DNA of 64,000 bases from a virus (Duplodnaviria; Caudoviricetes): positions 22,517-86,516 of IMG/VR virus record IMGVR_UViG_3300029305_002470; one strand, 5' to 3'. Each line of letters starts with the position of its first letter. Positions within the stretch are counted from its first letter, which is position 1. The notes under the pieces are model-generated. The model saw only the letters and a program-made list of their open reading frames with translations. It had not been told where the DNA came from and ran no database searches. Both the position numbers and the translations under genes were made by a program. Positions 36,947 through 45,821 of this stretch are shown one piece after another.

Positions 36947-37156
36947 ATGAGAACAGTAAAACATTATCCAAGAAGTTGTTATTTTCCAAATGAAATTCAA
37001 ACTCGAAATGCTATGCGTGAATACGATGAGAAGAAAAGAATTTGGTACGAAGAATTGGAAAGATTGTGTCCTAATTATTATCAGTTAGGATTAAGAGAGC
37101 GACAGCCAATTCGCGCCGAAGTAGATAAGATTGTAGGTTTTCATTTAGATTATTAG
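36947..37156 (+). CDS. Early hypothetical protein
   Basis: GAGGTG RBS. Confidence 0.65.
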   Translation: MRTVKHYPRSCYFPNEIQTRNAMREYDEKKRIWYEELERLCPNYYQLGLRERQPIRAEVDKIVGFHLDY

Positions 37157-37170
37157 AAAGGAATTTCAAA

Positions 37171-37431
37171 ATGAAAAAATGGACTGTGTATAAAGTTTAT
37201 GCTGAAGATTATAAAGATATTTATAGTATGATTGTGCCAGCACCATCTAAAAAGGAAGCCGAAGATTATGTGCGGCGTGGTGGGCTTGACATTATAAAAA
37301 CAAAAGAACTTTCGGATTTGAAAATCAATGTTGATTATCTTGGTAATCATCTTAGAAAAGAGGGTTATGATGAAGATGGCATAGATGTTATATGTAGACT
37401 TATTCAGATGGTTGGACTGTGCGAGGTGTAA
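37171..37431 (+). CDS. Early hypothetical protein
   Basis: AGAAAGGA RBS. Confidence 0.7.
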   Translation: MKKWTVYKVYAEDYKDIYSMIVPAPSKKEAEDYVRRGGLDIIKTKELSDLKINVDYLGNHLRKEGYDEDGIDVICRLIQMVGLCEV

Positions 37432-37433
37432 TT

Positions 37434-37796
37434 ATGAGAGAGATAGTTGATTGGAGAATTACAAAGCGAACTAAGCTTTTGGAAATCAATAATGATATGT
37501 GTCATAATTATTATTATCTTATTAATGGACGCATTAATAATGCTGACCGAAGTGCATATAGAAAATTTAAATTCGTAATTTGGTTTGATATTTTTGATGT
37601 CGATGAATTTTTTAATCATGTTGAGGATGATGTATGGCTTGACCGACCAATTACAGATGAAGATATTTCAGAATATGTAGACGAATGTATATGTTGTTAT
37701 ACTGATATGATTTATTCATATGAAAATTGTAATGACTTTTATAAAATGTGTAATGATTCTATTGTAAGATATAATGAAATAGCTAAACATTGGTAG
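37434..37796 (+). CDS. Early hypothetical protein
   Basis: GAGGTG RBS. Confidence 0.7.
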   Translation: MREIVDWRITKRTKLLEINNDMCHNYYYLINGRINNADRSAYRKFKFVIWFDIFDVDEFFNHVEDDVWLDRPITDEDISEYVDECICCYTDMIYSYENCNDFYKMCNDSIVRYNEIAKHW

Positions 37797-37847
37797 GTTG
37801 AAATTCGATTTGAAATTCTAATCTGAAAAGCGTTATCAAAATCTAAT

Positions 37848-37876
37848 TTGACAGATTAATAAAGCCATGCTATAAT
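37848..37876 (+). promoter_or_regulatory. sigma-A promoter (perfect consensus)
   Basis: TTGACA-N17-TATAAT with extended TG. Confidence 0.85.
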
Positions 37877-37915
37877 AATATATATCAATAAAAGTGAGCC
37901 GAAAGGAGCGCAGAT

Positions 37916-38503
37916 ATGAAACCTTATGCACTTAAATATTTCAGCACTGATTTTTTAAAAGATGCAGACATTACTAAGATTGGTATGTATGTTTGGACAC
38001 CATATTCTAATATCAAAGATGAATTTAGGGATGAGGTTGATGAACCTTGGACAGATGATTATGATGAAGAATGTGTTCCGATTTTTGAAAACAATCTTTT
38101 TAAATTCTGTATTGACCCTATGAATTATGAATATTGTATGGGTTCATATTTTGAAGAAGAATTACTTGATGAATTTTTCGACAATGTAATTAAACCATTT
38201 AATCATTATATGGTATGTGCATATCATTGTGATTGGCGTGGCAGAAATGGATATAAAATTTGCGATAGTCTTGCTGAAGCATTTTGCAGAGATTACGATG
38301 TAACACAGTATTATGTTGGTGGAAGCAGTGGTGGAAAATCAATCTGTATTTGCGAACATAGTCATGATGTTCCAATGGGACATACCACAATGATTATTGG
38401 ACTGACAGATAAAGAATATGAAAAATTTAATCATTGGGATGTAGCTTTTGAAACTGTATTTGATTTTGCAGATAGAAATTCTAAATCAATTATTGAAATC
38501 TAA
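37916..38503 (+). CDS. Early acidic hypothetical protein
   Basis: AAGGAG RBS; HSHD-PMG motif. Confidence 0.75.
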   Translation: MKPYALKYFSTDFLKDADITKIGMYVWTPYSNIKDEFRDEVDEPWTDDYDEECVPIFENNLFKFCIDPMNYEYCMGSYFEEELLDEFFDNVIKPFNHYMVCAYHCDWRGRNGYKICDSLAEAFCRDYDVTQYYVGGSSGGKSICICEHSHDVPMGHTTMIIGLTDKEYEKFNHWDVAFETVFDFADRNSKSIIEI

Positions 38504-38569
38504 TTTGAAATTTGAATCTTAAATTTTGAGTCAGTTTAAACTGACATTATTTGAAAGGAGAATAACATT

Positions 38570-38809
38570 ATGGCTAATATGAGTTATTGCAGATTTCATA
38601 ACACAAGACTTGATATGATGGATTGTATTGAAGCACTTAAAAGAGCGGAATGGGATGGTGAAAAGATTAGCAAAGAAGAAATTAAATATTGCGAATGGAT
38701 GTTTGATAGCATTATAGAATATCTTGATGATGAAGGAATTATAGATGAATTTGATTGGGATGCATATGAAGAATGGAAATCGAATCTACATGAATGGAGT
38801 GAAGAGTAA
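38570..38809 (+). CDS. Conserved phage protein
   Basis: MANMSYCRF-NT--D--DC motif. Confidence 0.75.
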   Translation: MANMSYCRFHNTRLDMMDCIEALKRAEWDGEKISKEEIKYCEWMFDSIIEYLDDEGIIDEFDWDAYEEWKSNLHEWSEE

Positions 38810-38989
38810 ATGTGGGTATGGATTGTAATTGAATTACAGAAAACTAAAGATGGTATGCAACCTAAGATTTTGGCTGTGCGTTCTGATGAGAAATCAGCAA
38901 ATGATATTGCATATGCAAACCCTACTAAATGGTGTAATGTTATTAAAATAAAAATTGATGCTGATTATGAAGTAAGAAACACACTGTAA
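38810..38989 (+). CDS. Hypothetical protein (59 aa, not in ORF track)
   Basis: Open frame abutting the upstream stop. Confidence 0.45.
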   Translation: MWVWIVIELQKTKDGMQPKILAVRSDEKSANDIAYANPTKWCNVIKIKIDADYEVRNTL

Positions 38990-39033
38990 TTCTGGTGTAC
39001 CAGAAATAAAATTCTAATTTGAGAGGTGAAATT

Positions 39034-39645
39034 ATGGGACAGTTTTCATGGTTAGATTGTATTACAGAAGCACAGATTGTAGATGATAAAGTTAAAGATG
39101 TCTATGTATTAATCCCAAAAGAATTTGGCGGGGGACATATTGTAGAACATTGTTATGATGGGTATGGAAATTTTGGCGGCAAAGATATATTTGATTTGGT
39201 TGCTGATTGGAATCGTAATGTTTTATCTGAAAAACCGAATTTCATTTTCCCTTATGCGCTTGAAAGGGCAAAGAGACTTTTAGAATATCAGAACAATAAA
39301 GATAATTATTCTGAAAAAATTCTTTTACAGATTTGTGATGAACCTTGGTATAAATATTACTCAGATTTGAATTTAAATATTGATGAGATTGTAGAAAAAT
39401 GTAGAGAAGATTTTAATAAATATTTTGATTATAGATATATCGGTATTAGTCTTGCGTGTTACGATGAAGATAACGAAGCATTGCCATTCCCAATTAAAAT
39501 AACTTATGATGCTACAGCGGTTTATGAATATTGTTTGCCATCAAAATCAGACCCAAATCAGGGATGGGAAACGTATGATGAAGATGATGAATGGGAAGAA
39601 GAACAGTATTGGACTGTTGAAGATGAAGAAGAAAATGAATATTAA
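39034..39645 (+). CDS. Conserved phage protein
   Basis: MGQFSW...YDGYGNFGGKD-F-LVADWN...SKSDPNQGW. Confidence 0.75.
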   Translation: MGQFSWLDCITEAQIVDDKVKDVYVLIPKEFGGGHIVEHCYDGYGNFGGKDIFDLVADWNRNVLSEKPNFIFPYALERAKRLLEYQNNKDNYSEKILLQICDEPWYKYYSDLNLNIDEIVEKCREDFNKYFDYRYIGISLACYDEDNEALPFPIKITYDATAVYEYCLPSKSDPNQGWETYDEDDEWEEEQYWTVEDEEENEY

Positions 39646-39772
39646 ACGATGTGGATATTCGCCGTATGGCTATATAGTTTATATTAATAATCGGCGTTTA
39701 GAATTCGCCACGGAATCTGAATTTGATGAATGGATTGGGGAGTATAATTATGGATTTATATCTGATATATAA
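39635..39772 (+). CDS. Small hypothetical protein
   Basis: YGY------R---FATESE--E motif. Confidence 0.5.
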   Translation: MNIKRCGYSPYGYIVYINNRRLEFATESEFDEWIGEYNYGFISDI

Positions 39773-39983
39773 ATATGCATATTGGGGAGCGATTGAAGAA
39801 CTTAAAACATTGACCAAACTTTATAATATGTGTCTTGAAGTTTCAGATGGAGATGCCGCAGAGGAATATGAAATTGAAATTGAAAAAACAAAATCTAATT
39901 TTGATTTTATAATTTCAGCTTTGGGTTATGATAAGGAATCGTGTTGGCAAGTATTAGATTATGAAATTAGAAAGGTGTGTTAA
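39750..39983 (+). CDS. Hypothetical protein
   Basis: GGGGAG RBS. Confidence 0.6.
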   Translation: MDLYLIYKYAYWGAIEELKTLTKLYNMCLEVSDGDAAEEYEIEIEKTKSNFDFIISALGYDKESCWQVLDYEIRKVC

Positions 39984-39985
39984 TT

Positions 39986-40249
39986 ATGGAAGATAAACAG
40001 AAAATTTGTAATGCATTTTGTGAAACACTTAGACTAACAAGAGCCGCTGGTTCACCAACCAACAATCCACTTATTGAACTTAAGTATATGACCAAAGAAG
40101 AAGGTGGCAGATTTGATGAAACTGTACGTCCAATTTTTGCAGACCATTGTGGAGAGGCTATGAAATATTATGATGTAAACGTTAGCGGCGATAGTGGCAT
40201 TGGTATGATTATAGATATTATGAATCAGTTCGTAACCAAAATGTGGTAA
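39986..40249 (+). CDS. Hypothetical protein
   Basis: MEDKQKIC...VNV-GDSG--MI-DI motif. Confidence 0.65.
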   Translation: MEDKQKICNAFCETLRLTRAAGSPTNNPLIELKYMTKEEGGRFDETVRPIFADHCGEAMKYYDVNVSGDSGIGMIIDIMNQFVTKMW

Positions 40250-40268
40250 AATGAAATGAGGTTTAATT

Positions 40269-40490
40269 ATGGCTGAAATGAAATTTGAAATCAAACAGCA
40301 CATGTGTGTTCTTAGTGAACGTAAGAATGGTTGGAAAAAAGAATTAAATAGAGTATCTTGGAATGATGCCGACCCTAAATGGGACATAAGAGAATGGAAT
40401 GAAGAACATGATAAAATGTCTCGTGGTATTACACTGACTGAAGATGAAGCTAAAAATCTATCTCAGTTTTTAAAATCTATTTTCTGTTAA
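40269..40490 (+). CDS. PC4/YdbC-like ssDNA-binding protein
   Basis: GWKKELN-VSWN----KWDIREW-----KM--GITLT--E. Confidence 0.85.
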   Translation: MAEMKFEIKQHMCVLSERKNGWKKELNRVSWNDADPKWDIREWNEEHDKMSRGITLTEDEAKNLSQFLKSIFC

Positions 40491-40514
40491 TGATATAAAT
40501 TTTGGGAGACAGTT

Positions 40515-40745
40515 ATGAAAGAAATAGTTTTTAATGTATTTTGCAGTGGCATTTATGAAACAAAACTTATAGTTGATGATAATTTTTGTAGTAATAATTT
40601 GAATGAAATGTCTGATGAAGAATTTGAAAAAGTAAGAAGATATGTTTGTGAACATTTGGACGAAGCACATCTTGGAGAAATAGAATGGATAGCCGACATA
40701 GACGTTGATGCAGAGGATATTAAGGCTATTTATTCTGTAGGGTAA
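40515..40745 (+). CDS. Acidic hypothetical protein
   Basis: GGGAG RBS. Confidence 0.6.
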   Translation: MKEIVFNVFCSGIYETKLIVDDNFCSNNLNEMSDEEFEKVRRYVCEHLDEAHLGEIEWIADIDVDAEDIKAIYSVG

Positions 40746-40778
40746 TTGAAATTTGATTTGAAATTATGAGGTATAATT

Positions 40779-41375
40779 ATGAGTAACATTGATAATATTA
40801 TTGCAGACATTGCAGAAGTGAATCGGACTTATGGATTTTGGATTAGGGATGAACATGGTAATCTGAAAGATGATGTTATTTGTGGAGAAGTAATTCCGTT
40901 TTTGGAAGAGCTTAAAGATTATGAAATTGATATGTCTCAATCTGAAATTAAAGACATGATGAATTTTTGGGACAGCAATTTTGATAAGCCAAAATATGAA
41001 AGAAATAATACATATAATTATAGCGCAAATATTGACCACGATATTGATTATCGAATTGTAGAATCTGCCCACGATGGAGTATGGTTTGCATTTATGGTTC
41101 ATAGATATGGCGATGTGCGTGGCAATTATACTGATTGGGCAGTATGTAAATTTGATAATCTATATGAACTTTGGGAACTTGAATCTATTAGGCAGTCAAA
41201 GAATTTTAATGATGGCGATAAGATTGAAAGATATACTGCTGATATAAATATCTTTGATGAATGTTATAATGTATATGATAATGATGAGAGAGAAGATGTA
41301 GGATACTTTTATGACATAGAGGTACCAGAAGTTCTTGAAGCTATTGCTAAAATGCGTTCTGAAATGGAGAATTAA
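40779..41375 (+). CDS. Acidic hypothetical protein
   Basis: GAGGT RBS; H--GDVRGNY motif. Confidence 0.75.
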   Translation: MSNIDNIIADIAEVNRTYGFWIRDEHGNLKDDVICGEVIPFLEELKDYEIDMSQSEIKDMMNFWDSNFDKPKYERNNTYNYSANIDHDIDYRIVESAHDGVWFAFMVHRYGDVRGNYTDWAVCKFDNLYELWELESIRQSKNFNDGDKIERYTADINIFDECYNVYDNDEREDVGYFYDIEVPEVLEAIAKMRSEMEN

Positions 41376-41377
41376 TC

Positions 41378-41614
41378 ATGGCAAGGAGAATGAGATTTGG
41401 AACTTGGTGTTGTAAGGATGAAGACGATGAACGTAAAATAAATTATACGTTTACAGATTCAGATGGTGAAGTTCTTTATTTTACAAGTGAGGACATTGTA
41501 TCTTGGAGTATGCTTTCAAGAATTCGTAATGCATGGATAACAAGTATTGAACTTATTAAAAATGAATTTAATAATCCCGAGGGAGAATGGTATGCAGTTC
41601 TTTATGAAGATTGA
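41378..41614 (+). CDS. Hypothetical protein
   Basis: GGAG RBS. Confidence 0.65.
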   Translation: MARRMRFGTWCCKDEDDERKINYTFTDSDGEVLYFTSEDIVSWSMLSRIRNAWITSIELIKNEFNNPEGEWYAVLYED

Positions 41615-41615
41615 T

Positions 41616-41644
41616 TTGACAGATTAATAAAAGTATGCTATAAT
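41616..41644 (+). promoter_or_regulatory. sigma-A promoter (perfect consensus)
   Basis: TTGACA-N17-TATAAT, near-identical to the 37848 promoter. Confidence 0.85.
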
Positions 41645-41704
41645 ATATATAGTGAAATTTGATTTGAATTTTTTAATTCCGATTTGAAAATTGGCGGTGA
41701 AATT

Positions 41705-42013
41705 ATGAAAAGATTTTTAATTAAAGTTACCTACCTTAGTGGTAAACATAAGGGTGAATCATACTTTATGCGTAAGGGTGGTTATGTTACACAGCCAGAT
41801 GGTTATCATTTTGAAAGTGAAACTTATGCAACAGAAGCTATTGCTAAAAGAGTATGCACAAAGTTATACAATAATAATGAACTCAACAGAAGAGTGGAAG
41901 AACAGACAAGAGCATACGATTTAAAAAAAGGTAGGACTGTTCATGATTGGTTTCTTTATGAACATGAATCTTATGAACCATATGCGATTGAATGTGGTAA
42001 AGATATTATATAA
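41705..42013 (+). CDS. Hypothetical protein
   Basis: GCGGTG RBS. Confidence 0.7.
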   Translation: MKRFLIKVTYLSGKHKGESYFMRKGGYVTQPDGYHFESETYATEAIAKRVCTKLYNNNELNRRVEEQTRAYDLKKGRTVHDWFLYEHESYEPYAIECGKDII

Positions 42014-42064
42014 GTTCCATTGAAAATGGAACATAGATTTTTTAATGAAACAAGGAGATTAATT

Positions 42065-42421
42065 ATGGAAATTAAAAAGTTTGATATTGATAATAGGCAT
42101 ATTGAATTTGTAAATCAGTCAGTCAGTACACGAAATGGATTTAAACATATGACTACTATGTTTATTAATGGATGTCAGTGCGCAGAACATACTGTTCATT
42201 ATCTTAATAGAACATGGGAATGCTATCCGTTTCAGACATGTATGCGTGGCTGTGTTAGAAACGAACTTGAAAATCGAATTGAAAATTTGAAATCAGAATT
42301 CAAATTCAAAAATAATTATAAGGTTCTTAATGCAAAACGTAGGGAAGAATTTGAAGAATATATCAAAGATGATAATGAAATCAAATTCTATAATGAACTT
42401 CTTGAAAAGATTGGGGCGTAA
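42065..42421 (+). CDS. Conserved phage protein
   Basis: AAGGAG RBS; TRNGFKH...YLNRTWE-Y-FQ. Confidence 0.75.
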   Translation: MEIKKFDIDNRHIEFVNQSVSTRNGFKHMTTMFINGCQCAEHTVHYLNRTWECYPFQTCMRGCVRNELENRIENLKSEFKFKNNYKVLNAKRREEFEEYIKDDNEIKFYNELLEKIGA

Positions 42422-42426
42422 TAATT

Positions 42427-42657
42427 ATGAATTATTTTAGTCATTGCATAACTATTAAATCATTGTTAATTGAATATCAAATAGTCCAACATATGTGTTG
42501 GGATTTATATCGTAATGCAAACCAATATTTATTTGAAGAAAATGAAACTGATGATAAGAAATTCATAAAAATTTTAAGAAAAAGATATTTTAATTTACAA
42601 GATGAATCTTATAAAAGATTTTATGAATTATTACGGGAGGAATATTATGGGTTATGA
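42427..42657 (+). CDS. Hypothetical protein
   Basis: ORF in co-directional string. Confidence 0.5.
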   Translation: MNYFSHCITIKSLLIEYQIVQHMCWDLYRNANQYLFEENETDDKKFIKILRKRYFNLQDESYKRFYELLREEYYGL

Positions 42658-43003
42658 ATCAAAGCTGTACATTGTAGAGGAAGCTAATTTTAAAATTCCA
42701 TCTGACAATGGTAAAGTATGGGCAGAAGTAATTGGGACGATTAACCTTTGTGTATGTTATCCAATTACTAAAGTGTTTAATGAAGTTGCCAATGGATATA
42801 TTTATGCTGATGATGGTAATACAAGAATAGAAAAAGATAAATATGGTAAACCATTGACTGTAGCAGAAATTGATGACGTAATTAAATGTTTAAAAGCAAT
42901 AGTAAAAGAAGATGGATATTGGAGAGCTAAAATTGCAATTGATTTTTTGAAATCAATTAAAAAAGAAAATCCTAATTGTAAAGTATATCATTTCGGTTAT
43001 TAA
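42647..43003 (+). CDS. Conserved phage protein
   Basis: GGAGG RBS; MGYESKLYIVE...DKYG-PL...YHFGY. Confidence 0.75.
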   Translation: MGYESKLYIVEEANFKIPSDNGKVWAEVIGTINLCVCYPITKVFNEVANGYIYADDGNTRIEKDKYGKPLTVAEIDDVIKCLKAIVKEDGYWRAKIAIDFLKSIKKENPNCKVYHFGY

Positions 43004-43082
43004 TCTAAGGAGCATTTATGACAATTATTACTTGTGTTATTTTATACGTTATTGTTTCTGTGATTGAATGGGCGGTTTAATT

Positions 43083-43310
43083 ATGAAAATTGAAAATGTA
43101 TTATCAATTAAAGAATATGAATGGCTGACACCAATAGAATTGTATCAAGCTGTTGAATGGTTAATGAATAATCGCAGTGCAAGATTTCGTACATGGTTGG
43201 CTAATAATTTTAGCGGACAAATGGATAGATGGTCATGGGGTAATATTGCAAGAGCAATAGCAGAATATGATTTAGATATACAACTTGAAATGATAGAATT
43301 GATGTATTAA
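43083..43310 (+). CDS. Hypothetical protein
   Basis: ORF with RBS. Confidence 0.6.
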   Translation: MKIENVLSIKEYEWLTPIELYQAVEWLMNNRSARFRTWLANNFSGQMDRWSWGNIARAIAEYDLDIQLEMIELMY

Positions 43311-43326
43311 TATACGAGGATTTAAA

Positions 43327-43767
43327 ATGAAAAAAGTAATTCTTAACAAATGTTTTGGGGGTTTTGATGTATCTCCAAAAGCATATCAATTATATGCAAT
43401 ATATAAAGGATATTCTTGTTTATATAAATATCAATTTACTTCAACTTATACTTATTTTCAAAATAAGATAGTATATAAATTAGTTGATTTATTTGATGAA
43501 TGTTTGGGTTGTTATGTTACTAAATATTTCGGAAAAGAAATTTCTGAAACTGAGGCTTCAAAAGAAGATTGGGAAAAACATATATTATATTTGGGTGCTG
43601 ATAATAGAGAGGACGATATATTAATTAAAGTTGTAGAAGAATTAGGAGATGAAGCAAGCGGTAGATTTGGTGAGTTAATTGTTGTAGAAATACCTGATGA
43701 TTTAGATTATATAATAGATAATTATGATGGCATAGAAACTTTACATGCAAGAGTGGAAACGTGGTAA
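43327..43767 (+). CDS. Conserved phage protein
   Basis: KVILNKCFGGF-VS...R-D--LI-VVEELG--ASG----L-VVEIPD...YDG-E. Confidence 0.8.
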   Translation: MKKVILNKCFGGFDVSPKAYQLYAIYKGYSCLYKYQFTSTYTYFQNKIVYKLVDLFDECLGCYVTKYFGKEISETEASKEDWEKHILYLGADNREDDILIKVVEELGDEASGRFGELIVVEIPDDLDYIIDNYDGIETLHARVETW

Positions 43768-43776
43768 GGAGCAAAC

Positions 43777-44199
43777 ATGAAGTGGATTTATAATGATGGT
43801 GGTCGTAGCAAATATTATAAAGCAACTAACGTTAGAGATTGTGTATGTCGAGCAATAGCTATAGCTAATAATGAAGATTATAAAATGGTTTATAATACTT
43901 TAAAGAAATATAATCATGGTGAAAGTCCACGGAATGGAATGTATGAATCGGTTTATTCTAAACTATTAAAAGCGTGGGGGTGGAAACAAATTAAATGTGA
44001 AGAGAAAAATATACATTTAAATGAAAATGAAATTCCAGATGGAATTATTATTTGTAGAATTGACCGACATCTTGTTGCTGTGAAAGATAAAATTATTTAT
44101 GACACTTGGGATTGTAGTAAAGTTCGTAAAGGAAAAAACAAAGGTCAATCTGATATAGTTAAGATTATTAGTTATTGGATTAAGGAGAATGCGGCATGA
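43777..44199 (+). CDS. Conserved phage protein
   Basis: YNDGGRS-Y-----DCVCRAIAIA...HLVAV-D--IYDTWD. Confidence 0.8.
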   Translation: MKWIYNDGGRSKYYKATNVRDCVCRAIAIANNEDYKMVYNTLKKYNHGESPRNGMYESVYSKLLKAWGWKQIKCEEKNIHLNENEIPDGIIICRIDRHLVAVKDKIIYDTWDCSKVRKGKNKGQSDIVKIISYWIKENAA

Positions 44200-44381
44200 T
44201 GAAATCTACTGGTAAAATAGTTTATATTCCACAGCTTGGTGGTATGAAGCGCACTATATATCTTGATGATGATGGTATGAAATGTATTATGATAGATGGT
44301 ACATATTGGGGAATGGATGGATATAAAAAGTGGCTTAAAGATAGATATAGTATTAATATATCATATGAAATTTTAGATTAA
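44196..44381 (+). CDS. Hypothetical protein
   Basis: AAGGAG RBS. Confidence 0.55.
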   Translation: MMKSTGKIVYIPQLGGMKRTIYLDDDGMKCIMIDGTYWGMDGYKKWLKDRYSINISYEILD

Positions 44382-44395
44382 ATTAGGAGTTTGAA

Positions 44396-44650
44396 ATGCA
44401 GAAAAAGAAAATGATTTTTATAAAAAATACATCTGAACTTGCAGTGGGTGATGTTGTGTTAGCCATACCAGATGGTGATGATATTATGCGTATTGGTGAA
44501 AATTATTGTGTGCGCAGAGCAGGTGTAGAAGCTATTGACGATAATAATGATTTGGTTATGTATGATTTGGATAAGCAGAATCATTTTATGTGGGATGGCA
44601 ATTGTGATGTAACTGATGACGATAATTTTATTATTGTAACTCTAAGATAA
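44396..44650 (+). CDS. Hypothetical protein
   Basis: AGGAG RBS. Confidence 0.6.
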   Translation: MQKKKMIFIKNTSELAVGDVVLAIPDGDDIMRIGENYCVRRAGVEAIDDNNDLVMYDLDKQNHFMWDGNCDVTDDDNFIIVTLR

Positions 44651-44679
44651 AATGTATTAAATAATATTCAAAATCTGTC

Positions 44680-44708
44680 TTGACTTTTAAAATCATTTAT
44701 GATATACT
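44680..44708 (+). promoter_or_regulatory. sigma-A promoter of the recombinase/replication operon
   Basis: TTGACT-N17-TATACT with extended TG. Confidence 0.7.
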
Positions 44709-44732
44709 AATTAAGTATTTGAGAGGTGAATT

Positions 44733-45545
44733 ATGAAAACATATTTAGATTTATTTTTAAATGAATATGAAAGTGCAGGAACAAGACGTAATTATAATGG
44801 TACAATTTCCGCCATGCTTAATGCAATCAATAAGGATATAAATAATATTACTAAAATTGACCTTGTTGAATATAAGAATACGTTTAAAAATTTGGCGGCG
44901 AGTACACAGGCGCAAAAAATTATTTGTATTAAATCTTATTTTAAATTTCTTTTTGATAATGATGTTATAGAATCTAATCCTGCTGAGAAATTATCCACGC
45001 CAAGAGTGGAGCATAAACCAAAAGATGCACTTACTACTGATGAGGCAATTATGTTAATGCATTATGGCAACAAAAGAGAACGTGCAATTATAGCAACATT
45101 TTTAAATACTGGTATTAGAGTGCAGGAATTAATAGATATAAAATTTGTAGATTATATAAAAGAACCAAGTAAAATGGTTTTAAAAACTAAGAGAGGTAAG
45201 TATCGTACTGTTTATTTAAATGATGATACAATCAAACTTATAAATGAATATCTTAAAGTACGTAAGGAAGGATGTGATAATCTTTTTGTAAGCAATCAGG
45301 GAACTCCATTATCAGAATATAGTTTAAATAACACATGGAAAAAGTTAGCAACTAAAGCTGGGATTGATAAACATATTACCAATCATAGTTTTAGGTCTAC
45401 ATTTGTAACCACTATTGCAAGAGAACACGGCATACTTATGGCACAGATGGCAGTTAATCATGCTAATATTGCGACCACAAGAATATATGTGCGTGGTATG
45501 GAAGATGAAGTTGAAGCTGTAGTTAGAGGTTTGAAAGTATGTTAG
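44733..45545 (+). CDS. Tyrosine recombinase (XerC/D-like)
   Basis: Complete catalytic set: TGIR, KTKRGK, HSFR, NH, TRIY. Confidence 0.92.
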   Translation: MKTYLDLFLNEYESAGTRRNYNGTISAMLNAINKDINNITKIDLVEYKNTFKNLAASTQAQKIICIKSYFKFLFDNDVIESNPAEKLSTPRVEHKPKDALTTDEAIMLMHYGNKRERAIIATFLNTGIRVQELIDIKFVDYIKEPSKMVLKTKRGKYRTVYLNDDTIKLINEYLKVRKEGCDNLFVSNQGTPLSEYSLNNTWKKLATKAGIDKHITNHSFRSTFVTTIAREHGILMAQMAVNHANIATTRIYVRGMEDEVEAVVRGLKVC

Positions 45546-45796
45546 AAAATTCAAATGGAAATTTTGATTTGAGATTTAAAATTAAATTTGGAAATTTGAA
45601 AAAAGAATTTAAAGATAATTATTATCTTGCAACCAAAGAGCGTTATGTAGAAAATAGTATAATTGAATGTAAATTATTGTGTGAAAAAGATAAATCTAAA
45701 TATGTTACTGGAATAATTAATGTTTTAGGTAATGAAATAAAAGAACAAATTAATTTAAATTATTTTGAAGAATGGGAAATTGAAAGTATAGTTTAA
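45539..45796 (+). CDS. Hypothetical protein
   Basis: ORF overlapping the recombinase stop. Confidence 0.45.
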   Translation: MLENSNGNFDLRFKIKFGNLKKEFKDNYYLATKERYVENSIIECKLLCEKDKSKYVTGIINVLGNEIKEQINLNYFEEWEIESIV

Positions 45797-45821
45797 TAAT
45801 TGAAAGGTTTTATAAAATAAT

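Larger units (their letters stand above)
29568..38545. repeat. Nine copies of the 16-bp palindrome GTCAGTTTAAACTGAC (putative early-region operator)
   Basis: Starts at 29568 and 29655 (GTCGG variant), 30429, 30559, 30983, 32491, 34470, 36151 (TTCAAA variant), 38530; all intergenic. Confidence 0.9.

Noticed and set aside
44650-45800. attP or dif site near the recombinase
   Set aside because: No dif-like ATAAT-N6-TTATGTTAAA and no tRNA-end duplication found by eye
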